A DNA stretch of 32,000 bases from Candidatus Methylomirabilis oxygeniifera. Its GTDB lineage: Bacteria > Methylomirabilota > Methylomirabilia > Methylomirabilales > Methylomirabilaceae. Under the pieces are notes generated by a model. It was not told where the DNA came from, searched no databases, and saw nothing but the letters and a program-made list of their open reading frames with translations. Positions 1 to 8,530 of the stretch are shown in pieces (positions within the stretch are counted from its first letter, which is position 1; each line of letters begins with the position of its first letter). The DNA is taken from NCBI GenBank assembly GCA_000091165.1, contig FP565575.1:2040001-2072000 (forward strand), in the 5' to 3' direction. Position numbers and translations under genes: made by a program.

Positions 1-383
1 GCGCCACATGGAAAGCGGGCCGCGGTGATCTTGTCAGAACTGACCTCGTAAACGTCGAATGTGAGCGTGTACCCCTCGACCAAGTTCCAGATGTAGCCGG
101 CGAGTTTCCCTTCAACGTTCGCGATGATGCCGGGAGGCCCAAACAGCCGGATCGTCTGGTTGCGACCGAGAACGATCCGCAACAGGTGATCGAAGCCGAT
201 GAAGTGATCGATATGAGTGTGGGAGATGAAGATGTCGGCGACCTTCAACAGCTCGGCAGGCGGCTGCGTCGTCAGGTCACCAAGATCCAGCAGAATGGCG
301 CGCCGTTCCCACCTGAGCCTCACAAAGAGGCCGGGATCGCCGAACACCCCATTGAGGAGCCTTGGTTGAAAGAGATTGGTCAT
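1..383 (-). CDS. MBL-fold metallo-hydrolase (RNase Z / beta-lactamase superfamily), 3' end cut by window edge
   Basis: Manual reverse translation from ATG at 383-381 gives MTNLFQPRLLNGVFGDPGLFVRLRWERRAILLDLGDL...ADIFISHTHIDHFIGFDHLLRIVLGRNQTIRLFGPPG. It has the HxHxDH metal-binding motif. The frame is open to position 1. It is absent from the ORF track because no stop lies in the window. Confidence 0.7.
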   Translation of the reverse strand, partial: MTNLFQPRLLNGVFGDPGLFVRLRWERRAILLDLGDLTTQPPAELLKVADIFISHTHIDHFIGFDHLLRIVLGRNQTIRLFGPPGIIANVEGKLAGYIWNLVEGYTLTFDVYEVSSDKITAARFPCG

Positions 384-569
384 TTCAGTCGCGCCAAGAC
401 TGGTCTATTTCCCGCCCGCCATCTTTCGTCCTTCTCGGGTCAGCGTACTCAACATGATGCAGATGGCTATCGTTACCCGTCTTTTTAGGACGTACTATCT
501 TTTTTGACCGTAACACCCCAACATGAGGGGGTCAAGTAGATTGACCGGAAATGGGAGGCATGTTGTAGC

Positions 570-596
570 GCTTTACCTTCTGTGATAAAGTAAAGC
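570..596 (+). promoter_or_regulatory. 7-bp inverted repeat (gctttac-N13-gtaaagc) just upstream of vapB; candidate antitoxin operator
   Basis: The repeat arms at 570-576 and 590-596 were read directly, 13 nt upstream of the vapB ATG. AbrB-type antitoxins typically autoregulate through palindromes in their own promoter. Confidence 0.25.
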
Positions 597-608
597 TAAC
601 TGCAACCT

Positions 609-839
609 ATGGAGAAACCGATGACTTCGATCAAGCTCTCTTCAAAAAACCAGATCGTCCTTCCCAAAGAAGCGCGCGAGGCAATGAGGGTCAAAGGAGG
701 GGATGAGATCATAGTAGTCGTCAAAGGAGGGATCACCCTTCTGCTGCCCAAACCCAAAAGCTATACAAAAGCCCTTGCAGGAAAGGGGCGCGGACTGTAT
801 CCTTCCGATTATTTGACCAAGGAACGCCGCGCGTGGTAA
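609..839 (+). CDS. vapB: AbrB/SpoVT-family antitoxin (VapB-like)
   Basis: SSKNQIVLPKEAREAMRVKGGDEIIVV matches the swapped-hairpin AbrB/MazE signature. It is 76 aa and overlaps the downstream PIN gene by 7 nt. Confidence 0.8.
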   Translation: MEKPMTSIKLSSKNQIVLPKEAREAMRVKGGDEIIVVVKGGITLLLPKPKSYTKALAGKGRGLYPSDYLTKERRAW

Positions 840-1285
840 GTGCCCAGCACCTCGAGGGCTTCCTGCGAAGGCACCCCGTAGTTGGACTGGATTCAAATCT
901 GCTGATCTACCTTATCGAGGAACACCCGGAGTACCATCGATTGACTGAGAAGGTATTCGGATCAATTGAAGCGGGACGCAATACGGGGGTTTGCTCCACA
1001 CTCTCCCTTCTTGAGGTCCTGGTCCAACCCTACCGAGAGAGCAATGACGAACTCGTCGATCAGTTCTATGCCCTCCTCACCACCTATCCTCACATCCGAT
1101 GGATCGACTTATCGATCGGGATCGCCGATCTGGGCGCCCAACTTCGCGCCAAATACCAATTGAAAACACCCGATGCCATCCTGGCGGCGACCTCTATCGA
1201 GGCCGGCGCCACCGGTTTCATAGGGAACGACAGCCAGCTCAAACGGATTTCTGAGTTGGATATTCTGATTTTAAGCGGCGATTAG
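833..1285 (+). CDS. vapC: PIN-domain ribonuclease toxin (VapC-like)
   Basis: The four PIN acidic positions are recognisable: GLDSNLLIY, LLEVL, TPDAILAAT, IGNDSQL. It has a GTG start overlapping the vapB stop and is 150 aa. Confidence 0.85.
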   Translation: MVSAQHLEGFLRRHPVVGLDSNLLIYLIEEHPEYHRLTEKVFGSIEAGRNTGVCSTLSLLEVLVQPYRESNDELVDQFYALLTTYPHIRWIDLSIGIADLGAQLRAKYQLKTPDAILAATSIEAGATGFIGNDSQLKRISELDILILSGD

Positions 1286-1383
1286 AACCGGACAGGGTGA
1301 GCCCCCGTCATCGGCCGGCGGCTGTTTCGCGCCGGTTCCTGCATGCCACACCGAAACCCAATCAATGGTGGTCAGATGTCAAC

Positions 1384-2952
1384 TTAATGGCCTCCTGGCG
1401 GCAGAAACTTGACCCGCCCAGGGACACGCGCCGAGTGCCCAATCGCCACGGCAAAGAGTGCGGCCTTCCCTGCGGCATGGGGAGAGAAGAACTCGGTCAC
1501 ATCGTCGTCGTAAAAGGTGGTGCCCGTCGCGCCTAATCCCAGGGCATATGCGCAGAGGTAGATCTTTCCGCCGACGATCCCCGCCTCCAACTGGGCAGCG
1601 CCGTAGCCCCGATTCCCGTAGCGCTCAAGGATCCGCTCCAGGTCTGCGAGGAAGAAGACGACGACGCTCGCCTCGATGCCAAGGTGTTGTTCGAGGCAGA
1701 GGTAGCCTGCCTCGCGTCGAAATGTGCCCCCCTTCAACAGCTCAAGCGCCTGCCGTAATGGCGAGAAGTGGAAGGCCCCGGTAGAGAGATTCTCGACGGA
1801 GTTGACGATGAGATAGGTGTCCAACAAGGTCGTGCTCGACCCCCCGAGAAAGTCCGCCGGGATCCCGCGGCTGGTTCGCTCAAGGATAGTGGACAGTTGC
1901 TGGAATGAGATCGGGAGTTGAGCGAACTGGTGCGTAGAACCCCTGCGGAGGATGGTCTCACCCAGGGTCCGGGCAGGAAGCTGCTCCCGCTCAATGGGGT
2001 GAAGGGGAAAATATTGGTCGCCAAGAGACGCTAAGGGTCTCGGAATGAATGTCGATCGCCACACTCGGACCTCCTCCTCACTCGACAGCATGGAGGCTGC
2101 ACGGATCTGCGTGATCAGCGGATAGTCTACCTCCATTTTCGAGAGCGGGACGGTTTCGGGCGCAATCGGCGGAATCTCCGGTAGCTCCGCAGCAGGCGAA
2201 CTTGCCCCAATCGGGACAAGGCAGAGACTCGCCTCACGTTCGCTGTCCAGACCAAGGAGGTGGTCCACACGAGCATCCATGAAGCCCGTTACGACCCGAG
2301 ATGTAAGCTGCGCGGAAGCGGTCGTGGCCAGGAGGTTAGCCAGAATCGTTCCGCCGTTCCAGTAGAAGTGACGATAGGCCCGTGCCTGGTACTTCCAGGC
2401 GTTCCGCCAGAAGATCGCTGTCAGAACCAGAATGACAGGCGCGCTCGATATCGACGTATCGCCGGCCGTCGCACGAGCGAGCTCCCCCCGGAGATCCCCC
2501 GCCCGCAACCGGCGGAGGGCGAAGTCGACCGGGCAGAAGTGATAGACCCCGGCAGGCAGTCTCGGCAAATCGCCGCAGACCACATAGATCTCTACCTCAT
2601 ACAACGCACCGGTACAGGAGGCCGCGCGAAAGTACTGCGCCTCGCCCCCAGGGGAGACTTTCTTCTTGGTCAGACCACCGCAATAAAACAGGACCTGCGC
2701 CAGCCCGGCCAAGTCAAGCATGCTCGTCCCGTCCGGCTGGAAGGCTGAAATGGCGTCAAGAGCCTCAGTAGCCGGCGGCGCAATATCACGCGGCAGAGGG
2801 ATAACCGGCAGCCCCTGATATGCCTTGTACGGACGCGGCTTATTGGCCCAGTCGAGGAAATGACCTCCCAAGCGGATACTCCAGTAGGAGTGTTTGGTCG
2901 CCGCATGGTAGTTGCGGGCCTCTTCAACGTCGCGGTTGCTGATCGGGCACAA
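1384..2952 (-). CDS. Tandem SagB-type dehydrogenase / nitroreductase-superfamily protein
   Basis: 522 aa. The N-terminus NYHAATKHSY...WANKPRPYKAY is typical of SagB/ThcOx-type domains. A second nitroreductase-like half follows (RRGSTHQF...GAAQLEAG..GLGATG). The apparent TTG start is preceded by ggagaggggg. Confidence 0.7.
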   Translation of the reverse strand: MCPISNRDVEEARNYHAATKHSYWSIRLGGHFLDWANKPRPYKAYQGLPVIPLPRDIAPPATEALDAISAFQPDGTSMLDLAGLAQVLFYCGGLTKKKVSPGGEAQYFRAASCTGALYEVEIYVVCGDLPRLPAGVYHFCPVDFALRRLRAGDLRGELARATAGDTSISSAPVILVLTAIFWRNAWKYQARAYRHFYWNGGTILANLLATTASAQLTSRVVTGFMDARVDHLLGLDSEREASLCLVPIGASSPAAELPEIPPIAPETVPLSKMEVDYPLITQIRAASMLSSEEEVRVWRSTFIPRPLASLGDQYFPLHPIEREQLPARTLGETILRRGSTHQFAQLPISFQQLSTILERTSRGIPADFLGGSSTTLLDTYLIVNSVENLSTGAFHFSPLRQALELLKGGTFRREAGYLCLEQHLGIEASVVVFFLADLERILERYGNRGYGAAQLEAGIVGGKIYLCAYALGLGATGTTFYDDDVTEFFSPHAAGKAALFAVAIGHSARVPGRVKFLPPGGH

Positions 2953-3003
2953 GGCGCTCGTACCCCCTCTCCAGTCACATCCTGTTCCGCCTCATTATCA
3001 TCG

Positions 3004-4422
3004 TCAGCCGGCCAGATGGAAGCAGACCAGCTTCAGCTCGGTCATCTCCTCCACGGCATAGCGCGGGCCTTCTTTGCCGAAACCGCTCTCCTTCAGCCCT
3101 CCGTAGGGCATCAGGTCGGCTCGCCATTGAGGGCCCCAGTTGATCATCAGGTTGCCCGCCTCAACCTCGCGCGCGAACCGCATCGCCCACTCCAGGTTCT
3201 CGGTGAAGATGCCGGCCGCCAGGCCGTAGACCGAATCGTTGGCCAGCGCAATCGCCTGGTCGATTGTGTCGAACCGCGTGACCGCGACAGCCGGTCCGAA
3301 CAGCTCATCACAGAAGATTCGCATGTCGGGTGTGACGTCGGCGACGACCGTGGGGGCGTAGATCGCCCCTTGACGCTCCCCGCCCGTCACAACCCGCGCG
3401 CCGCCCGCAGCCGCCTCGCGCACCCACTCCCCAACTCGGATGGCGTCCCGCTCGCGAATCATGGGGCCCACCTTGGTCTTCTCGTCCAGGGGGTTGCCGG
3501 TCACAAGCGCCTCCACCTTGGGTTTCAGGGCATCCAGAAAATCGCCGTAGACCTGCCGGCTGGTCAAGACCCGTTGTGTGGAGATGCAGACCTGCCCGGC
3601 GTTCGTGTAGCCGGTCGCCGTTACGGCGGCCGCGACCTTCTCGAGATCGGCATCGGGCATGATGATGACGGGCGCGTTGCTGCCGAGTTCCATCGTCACC
3701 TTCTTGATCCCGGCCATCCGGCAGATCCGCTCGCCGACATCGCGGCTCCCTGTAAACGTGATCTTGCGGACCCGCCGATCGCTGCACAGCGCGTCGCCGA
3801 TTACCGCTCCTGAGCCGGTCAGGCAGGCGATTCCCTCGGCCGGCAGACCCGCCTCCAGCAGGATCTCTGTCAGTTTCAGCGCCGAGAGAGGGGTATCGGT
3901 GGCCGGCTTAATGACGACTGCGTTACCGGCGGCCAGGGCGGGTCCTACTTTGTGGCATACCAGGTTCAACGGGAAGTTAAAGGGGCTGATGGCAACGACG
4001 ACCCCGCACGGCACGCGCAGCGTAAAACCGAACTTGCCTGAGCCGCCCGGGGCTCCATCGAAGGGGACGGTCTCGCCATGGAGACGCTTCGCCTCCTCGC
4101 CGGACAGGATCAGCGTCTGCACGGCCCGGCTCACCTCGAAGCGCGACTCGGCCAAGCTCTTGCCCTCCTCGAGCGTAATCGTTTCGGCGAACTCCTCGCT
4201 CCGCGCCTCAATCAGCTCCGCCGCCTTGTTCAGGATTCGATAACGGTCGTAACCGGGAAGCGTCGCCATCGTCCGTGCGCCGCGCGCTGCGCTCTCCAGG
4301 GCCTTCTCAATATCCCCCAATTCCGCACACGGCACGGTATCCACCACCGCTCCATCGTACGGGTTCAAAACGTCGATATGCTTTGCCGTGTCGATCCACT
4401 GCCCGGCCACATACATCCGCAT
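3004..4422 (-). CDS. NAD(P)-dependent aldehyde dehydrogenase
   Basis: 472 aa with ALDH hallmarks: FNFPLNL, ITFTGS, catalytic Glu in MELGSNAP, catalytic Cys in AGQVCIS, and C-terminal EESGFGKEG-like GLKESGFGKEG. Confidence 0.9.
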   Translation of the reverse strand: MRMYVAGQWIDTAKHIDVLNPYDGAVVDTVPCAELGDIEKALESAARGARTMATLPGYDRYRILNKAAELIEARSEEFAETITLEEGKSLAESRFEVSRAVQTLILSGEEAKRLHGETVPFDGAPGGSGKFGFTLRVPCGVVVAISPFNFPLNLVCHKVGPALAAGNAVVIKPATDTPLSALKLTEILLEAGLPAEGIACLTGSGAVIGDALCSDRRVRKITFTGSRDVGERICRMAGIKKVTMELGSNAPVIIMPDADLEKVAAAVTATGYTNAGQVCISTQRVLTSRQVYGDFLDALKPKVEALVTGNPLDEKTKVGPMIRERDAIRVGEWVREAAAGGARVVTGGERQGAIYAPTVVADVTPDMRIFCDELFGPAVAVTRFDTIDQAIALANDSVYGLAAGIFTENLEWAMRFAREVEAGNLMINWGPQWRADLMPYGGLKESGFGKEGPRYAVEEMTELKLVCFHLAG

Positions 4423-4639
4423 CGCCTTGTTCCCCCTTCGGTTGCCCTGCGTCGGTAATCACGAAATGGGTATGCGCTCGATCGATTGACCTACTTCATA
4501 TTGTAACAGGAGTCGAGCATTATGAGTCCGGTGATGGCTCAAAAACAGAAGAGAGGTTGAGGCAGCCGGAGAGGATTTAACGCATTGGGTGTATGTTACG
4601 CAGGATTGCCGTCACAGGAAGGCAGGTCTCTGATCCGGT

Positions 4640-5686
4640 CTACCCGCCCCTGGTATGCATTTCAAGGTGAGGATCTTGCCTGAGTCCCTCTGCCGACACC
4701 AACACGTCTCTCACCCGAAGCTCTTTTCGCTCTTCGGCGCCGCGATCGCTTCGCCCGGTCCATCCGGCGACGATGAGGGAGATCAACTCCGCTTTTGAGA
4801 CCCCGGCCCGCAGCGGTGTCCGCAGATCGATCCCGCGTTGGGCGTATAGACACAAGTACCACGTCCCATCGGCGGTGAGCCGACTCCTGTCGCAAGTGCG
4901 GCAGAACGGCGTGGTTGTGGACGCGACAATGCCGAAGACTGTGCCGTCCGACAGGACAAATCGATCGGCAGGCGCCCAGCCCGCGGACGCGACCGGCTCA
5001 ATGCGGCCATACTGTCGCGTCAGCGCCTCGAGCATCTCCGCCCTGGAGAAGACCTTGTCCATTGACCAATGGGTCGCTCCGCCGACGTCCATGTACTCAA
5101 TGAATCGGACCTCGGCGCCTATCCGCGCGCCACACTCCAGCAGATCGACAAGTTCGTCTTCGTTGAACCCCCGCATAATCACACTATCAATTTTCAATTC
5201 CTTAAAGCCGACCTGCTGGGCCGACCTGATCCCATTCAGCACCTTTTCGTGGGTGTCTTTTCTTGTCAGTGCCGTGAAACGATCGGGGCGTAGGGTGTCC
5301 AGGCTGACCGTTACGCGGTGCAGACCGGCGTCATACAGCGCGAGCGCAGATTCAGCCAATAAGATCCCGTTTGTCGTCATGGCAAGATCCTCGATCCGCA
5401 GGTTGCGCGCAATCATCCCAACCAGAGCCGCAAGATCCCTGCGGACAAGCGGCTCACCCCCCGTAAGGCGAACCTTAGTGACGCCGAGTTCTGTGAAGAT
5501 GTCCACCAGACGACTCGCCTCCTCCAACGTCAGGATCTCTTTGCGAGGAAGCCAGACGTACTCTTCCTCTGGCATGCAGTATTGGCAGCGCAGGTTGCAC
5601 CGGTCGGTCACAGACAGACGCAAACTGCGAAGCGGCCTGCTCAGGGTGTCAAGAAATATCGGGGGATGTTCGGTGTGCTGGTTCAT
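4640..5686 (-). CDS. moaA: GTP 3',8-cyclase MoaA (radical SAM, molybdenum cofactor biosynthesis)
   Basis: Has the CNLRCQYCMP radical-SAM CxxxCxxC motif and the C-terminal second-cluster cysteines FCRTCDRSRLTADG...C. It is 348 aa. Confidence 0.92.
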   Translation of the reverse strand: MNQHTEHPPIFLDTLSRPLRSLRLSVTDRCNLRCQYCMPEEEYVWLPRKEILTLEEASRLVDIFTELGVTKVRLTGGEPLVRRDLAALVGMIARNLRIEDLAMTTNGILLAESALALYDAGLHRVTVSLDTLRPDRFTALTRKDTHEKVLNGIRSAQQVGFKELKIDSVIMRGFNEDELVDLLECGARIGAEVRFIEYMDVGGATHWSMDKVFSRAEMLEALTRQYGRIEPVASAGWAPADRFVLSDGTVFGIVASTTTPFCRTCDRSRLTADGTWYLCLYAQRGIDLRTPLRAGVSKAELISLIVAGWTGRSDRGAEERKELRVRDVLVSAEGLRQDPHLEMHTRGG

Positions 5687-5727
5687 CTGCGCTTACTCAA
5701 AAAGCGGTCAACAATTGGGGGTTAGGG

Positions 5728-5806
5728 GTTTAGGCTGAAGACTGAAGGGGAACCAACCAAAAGACTTTAGCCTAAAACAACATCCTTGGGTCTTCAGCCT
5801 TCAGTC
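5728..5806. repeat. Palindromic GGCTGAAG-type short repeat element in the moaA leader
   Basis: ctgaagactgaag (5735-5747) pairs with cttcagccttcag (5792-5804) with one G-U position. gtttaggc (5728-5735) pairs with gcctaaa (5770-5776). The GGCTGAAG motif recurs in tandem at 24885-24899. Confidence 0.6.
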
Positions 5807-5823
5807 TATCTACCCGTGGCGCT

Positions 5824-5894
5824 GATCGCTTCTCCGCTCGGAGCTTCACTTCAATATCCGAGCTGTTTACGCGACTTCGGCAGCCGGAGCGATC
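5824..5894 (-). promoter_or_regulatory. Nested stem structure in the long moaA 5' leader (candidate riboswitch-like element)
   Basis: Outer arms are gatcgct 5824-5830 and agcgatc 5888-5894. Inner 7-bp arms are gctcgga 5836-5842 and tccgagc 5857-5863. It lies about 140 nt upstream of the moaA start in a 283-nt intergenic region. Confidence 0.25.
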
Positions 5895-5936
5895 TTGGGT
5901 CTTAGCTCCACGTCTCGGCCTCTAAGATCCAAGATC
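5891..5936 (-). terminator. 15-bp imperfect hairpin downstream of the ferredoxin gene (possible operon-end terminator or RNA-processing hairpin, no clear U tract)
   Basis: gatcttgggtcttag (5891-5905) pairs with ctaagatccaagatc (5922-5936) with one mismatch. It lies 34 nt past the ferredoxin stop. Confidence 0.3.
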
Positions 5937-5969
5937 GCCCGTGCTGCGTCGCGCTGCCGACCTCGTAGG

Positions 5970-6311
5970 TTAGTGCTTCGGGGGATACTTCTGGTAATAG
6001 AGATTGGCGACGCTCCCCTCTTCCTCTTTCTGGGCTTCCCACGCCGCCCGCTGGACCGCCACCGGAAGGGTATGTCCATCCTTACACGCATCGGCGTTCA
6101 TCTGAATGAAATGCTGCCACTGCTCCGGTACCTGGCTCGCTTCAAAGATCGCGGCAACCGGGCACTCCGGCTCACAGGCGGCGCAATCGATGCACTCCTC
6201 CGGATGAATAAACAGCAGTTCCTCGCCCTCATAGAAGCACTCCACCGGACAGACATCTACACACGCATGGTCTTTGGTGCCAATACATGGATCGGCTACA
6301 ACATACGCCAT
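5970..6311 (-). CDS. Ferredoxin (FdxA-like, 3Fe-4S/4Fe-4S type) with C-terminal extension
   Basis: [29 protein letters not shown]...[16 protein letters not shown] shows the classic 7Fe ferredoxin cysteine spacing. It is 113 aa. Confidence 0.85.
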   Translation of the reverse strand: MAYVVADPCIGTKDHACVDVCPVECFYEGEELLFIHPEECIDCAACEPECPVAAIFEASQVPEQWQHFIQMNADACKDGHTLPVAVQRAAWEAQKEEEGSVANLYYQKYPPKH

Positions 6312-6387
6312 TGTTCTTCTCCTCGCTGACTAAGTGGTTGTGGTTGACTGCAGTTCCGATACACGCGCGACATTCCTACTCCACCTA

Positions 6388-6699
6388 CTACAGGAATCCA
6401 AGCTGAAGCTTGGCGGCTTCAGAGAGCTTGGATGGATCCCATGGGGGGTCCCAGACGACCTCAACCTGGGCATCCGCCACTCCGGGAACGCACCGCACCT
6501 TCATCTCGACTCCAGCCGGCAGCTCCGCTGCGGCCGGACAATGAGGCGACGTGAGGGTCATCACCACTCTGGCCAGGCCAGAGGGCTCCACCTTAACCTC
6601 ATAGATCAACCCCAAATCATAGATATTGACAGGGATCTCAGGGTCGTAACAGGTGCGCAGGACCTCAATAACCTCTGCTTCGATCTCGCTCGTATCCAT
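6388..6699 (-). CDS. sufT: DUF59/SufT-like Fe-S cluster assembly protein
   Basis: VLRTCYDPEIPVNIYDLGLIY...LTSPHCP is the DUF59 (MIP18/SufT) signature. It is 103 aa and lies in the suf operon. Confidence 0.8.
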   Translation of the reverse strand: MDTSEIEAEVIEVLRTCYDPEIPVNIYDLGLIYEVKVEPSGLARVVMTLTSPHCPAAAELPAGVEMKVRCVPGVADAQVEVVWDPPWDPSKLSEAAKLQLGFL

Positions 6700-6782
6700 A
6701 AGTAATCAGCTCTCAGCGGTCAGCCATCAGCACAAAGAAGAAGGCTGAGCGCTGCTCCTTATCGGCTTTGATCTGAGACATC

Positions 6783-7259
6783 CTATTCCGTCGAGGTAAC
6801 CCGCCCGCCTCCCTCCAGTGCGGCATGTAAGGTATGCCACGGCAGCGTCGCACACTTGACCCGAACCGGGAACTCCCGGACACCAGCAAAGGCGGCCAGT
6901 TTTCCGATGGTTCGACCGGGCTCACCACCGGCCTCAAGTGAATCGGCTGCAGCGCCGGGATCGACTGTGACCATTCTATGGAAGGTCTCGAAAAGACCCT
7001 CGGCTTCGGCGATCGTCTTTCCTTTCACGGTTGCGGTCATCATCGACGCGGAGGCTTTCGAAATTGCGCAACCCGATCCCTGAAAGGCAACATCTCTGAT
7101 CACCTGATCTTCGACAAGCAGGTAGACCGTGATCTGATCGCCGCACAGCGGATTGAACCCTTCCGCCGTACAGTTCGCGTCTTCCAGTTTTCGGAAATTT
7201 TGCGGCCGCTTATTATGGTCAAGAATGACCTCCTGATACAGTTCGCGTAAGTCCGACAT
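6783..7259 (-). CDS. sufU: SufU (IscU-like zinc-dependent sulfur transfer protein)
   Basis: Conserved cysteines NPLCGDQITVY, GSGCAISKASASMM and VKCATLPW are present. It lies immediately downstream of sufS (start/stop abut). Confidence 0.88.
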   Translation of the reverse strand: MSDLRELYQEVILDHNKRPQNFRKLEDANCTAEGFNPLCGDQITVYLLVEDQVIRDVAFQGSGCAISKASASMMTATVKGKTIAEAEGLFETFHRMVTVDPGAAADSLEAGGEPGRTIGKLAAFAGVREFPVRVKCATLPWHTLHAALEGGGRVTSTE

Positions 7260-8530
7260 CAGCCGAACAGCTCGGTGACCTTGTAGATCGCTCTTACCAG
7301 CGCGTCGATCTCGTCCTGCGTATTGTAGAACGCGACCGACACCCTGGCTGTCGCGGGTACACGAAATCGCTGCAACACCGGCTGGGCGCAGTGGTGGCCT
7401 GTCCGGATCGCAATCCCCTCCTGATCCAGGATCGTACCGATGTCGTGGGCGTGGATATCGTCAAGGACAAAGGAGAGGATGCTCGCCTTCTCTTTGGCGG
7501 TCCCGATGATCCGTATGCCAGGAATGGCGGAGACGGCGTCCGTCGCGTACGCCAGCAACTCGCCCTCGTAGGCGGCGATCCGGTCCAGTCCAATGCTGCC
7601 CACGTAATCGATCGCCGCGCCGAGTCCGATCGCGCCTGCAATATGGGGCGTCCCGGCCTCAAACTTTAACGGCGCCTCATTGTAGATCGTCTTCTCGAAG
7701 GTGACCGAGAGGATCATGTCGCCCCCACCCTGGTACGGCGGCATAGCCTCGAGGTGGCGAGCCTTTCCGAACATAATACCGATGCCGGTGGGACCGAACA
7801 GCTTATGGCCGGAGCAGACATAGAAGTCGCAGTCCAGCGCCTGCACATCGACCGCCAGGTGGGGCGCAGCCTGCGCGCCATCGATGAGGACGGGTATGCC
7901 CCGCTCGTGCGCCATCCCGATCACCTGCTTCACCGGGTTGATCGTGCCAAGGGCATTTGAAACGTGCACGATCGACACCAGCCGTGTTCTGGGACCCAGC
8001 AATCGTTCATACTCGTCAAGTCGCAACTCACCGTCGTCGTTAATCGGCACAACCCGCAGGACCGCTCCGGTCTGCTCACAGGCGATCTGCCATGGGACGA
8101 TATTCGAATGATGTTCCATCTCGGAGATGAGGATCTCGTCTCCCACCGCAAGACGTGGCCTGACAAAGCTTTGGGCGACCAGATTGATCCCCTCTGTGGC
8201 GCCGCGAACGAAGACGATCTCGCGTACATCCCCGACATTGAAAAAGCGCGCCACCTTGGCCCTGGCGCCCTCAAAGGCCTCCGTAGCCCGCTCGCTCAAG
8301 AGGTGGATCCCGCGGTGCACATTCGAGTTTTCAGTCAGGTAATACCGCTCGATCGTGTCGACAACCGACCTCGGCTTCTGACTTGTGGCCGCATTGTCCA
8401 GGTACACCAGCGGCTTCCCGTGAATCTGCTGCTGAAGAACGGGAAAATCCTCCCGGATGCCCTCCGCGTCGAATGTCATGCCGACCTCAGGCAGCGTCGT
8501 CGAAGCGGCCATCCCTATGACTGATCTCAT
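7259..8530 (-). CDS. sufS: Cysteine desulfurase SufS (PLP-dependent, class II)
   Basis: Has the PLP-lysine motif [12 protein letters not shown] and the active-site loop RTGHHCAQP. It is 423 aa and overlaps the sufD stop by 4 nt. Confidence 0.93.
   Translation of the reverse strand: MRSVIGMAASTTLPEVGMTFDAEGIREDFPVLQQQIHGKPLVYLDNAATSQKPRSVVDTIERYYLTENSNVHRGIHLLSERATEAFEGARAKVARFFNVGDVREIVFVRGATEGINLVAQSFVRPRLAVGDEILISEMEHHSNIVPWQIACEQTGAVLRVVPINDDGELRLDEYERLLGPRTRLVSIVHVSNALGTINPVKQVIGMAHERGIPVLIDGAQAAPHLAVDVQALDCDFYVCSGHKLFGPTGIGIMFGKARHLEAMPPYQGGGDMILSVTFEKTIYNEAPLKFEAGTPHIAGAIGLGAAIDYVGSIGLDRIAAYEGELLAYATDAVSAIPGIRIIGTAKEKASILSFVLDDIHAHDIGTILDQEGIAIRTGHHCAQPVLQRFRVPATARVSVAFYNTQDEIDALVRAIYKVTELFG

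Noticed and set aside
186-488. 100-aa plus-strand ORF at the left edge.
   Set aside because: It is antisense to a convincing MBL-fold hydrolase frame (HTHIDH motif) and has no family-like sequence.
1458-1784. Extremely Arg-rich 108-aa ORF and neighbours inside the SagB-like gene.
   Set aside because: They are off-frame translations of a GC-rich conserved gene on the opposite strand. Their low complexity is typical of shadow frames.
4773-5738. 321-aa ORF on the plus strand covering almost all of moaA in antisense. Similar long antisense ORFs lie at 2860-3813, 29467-30426, 13332-14042 and 8713-9309.
   Set aside because: The translations are Arg/Ser/Pro-rich with no recognisable motifs. They lie exactly opposite strongly supported conserved genes. 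Such shadow ORFs are expected in about 60% GC DNA.
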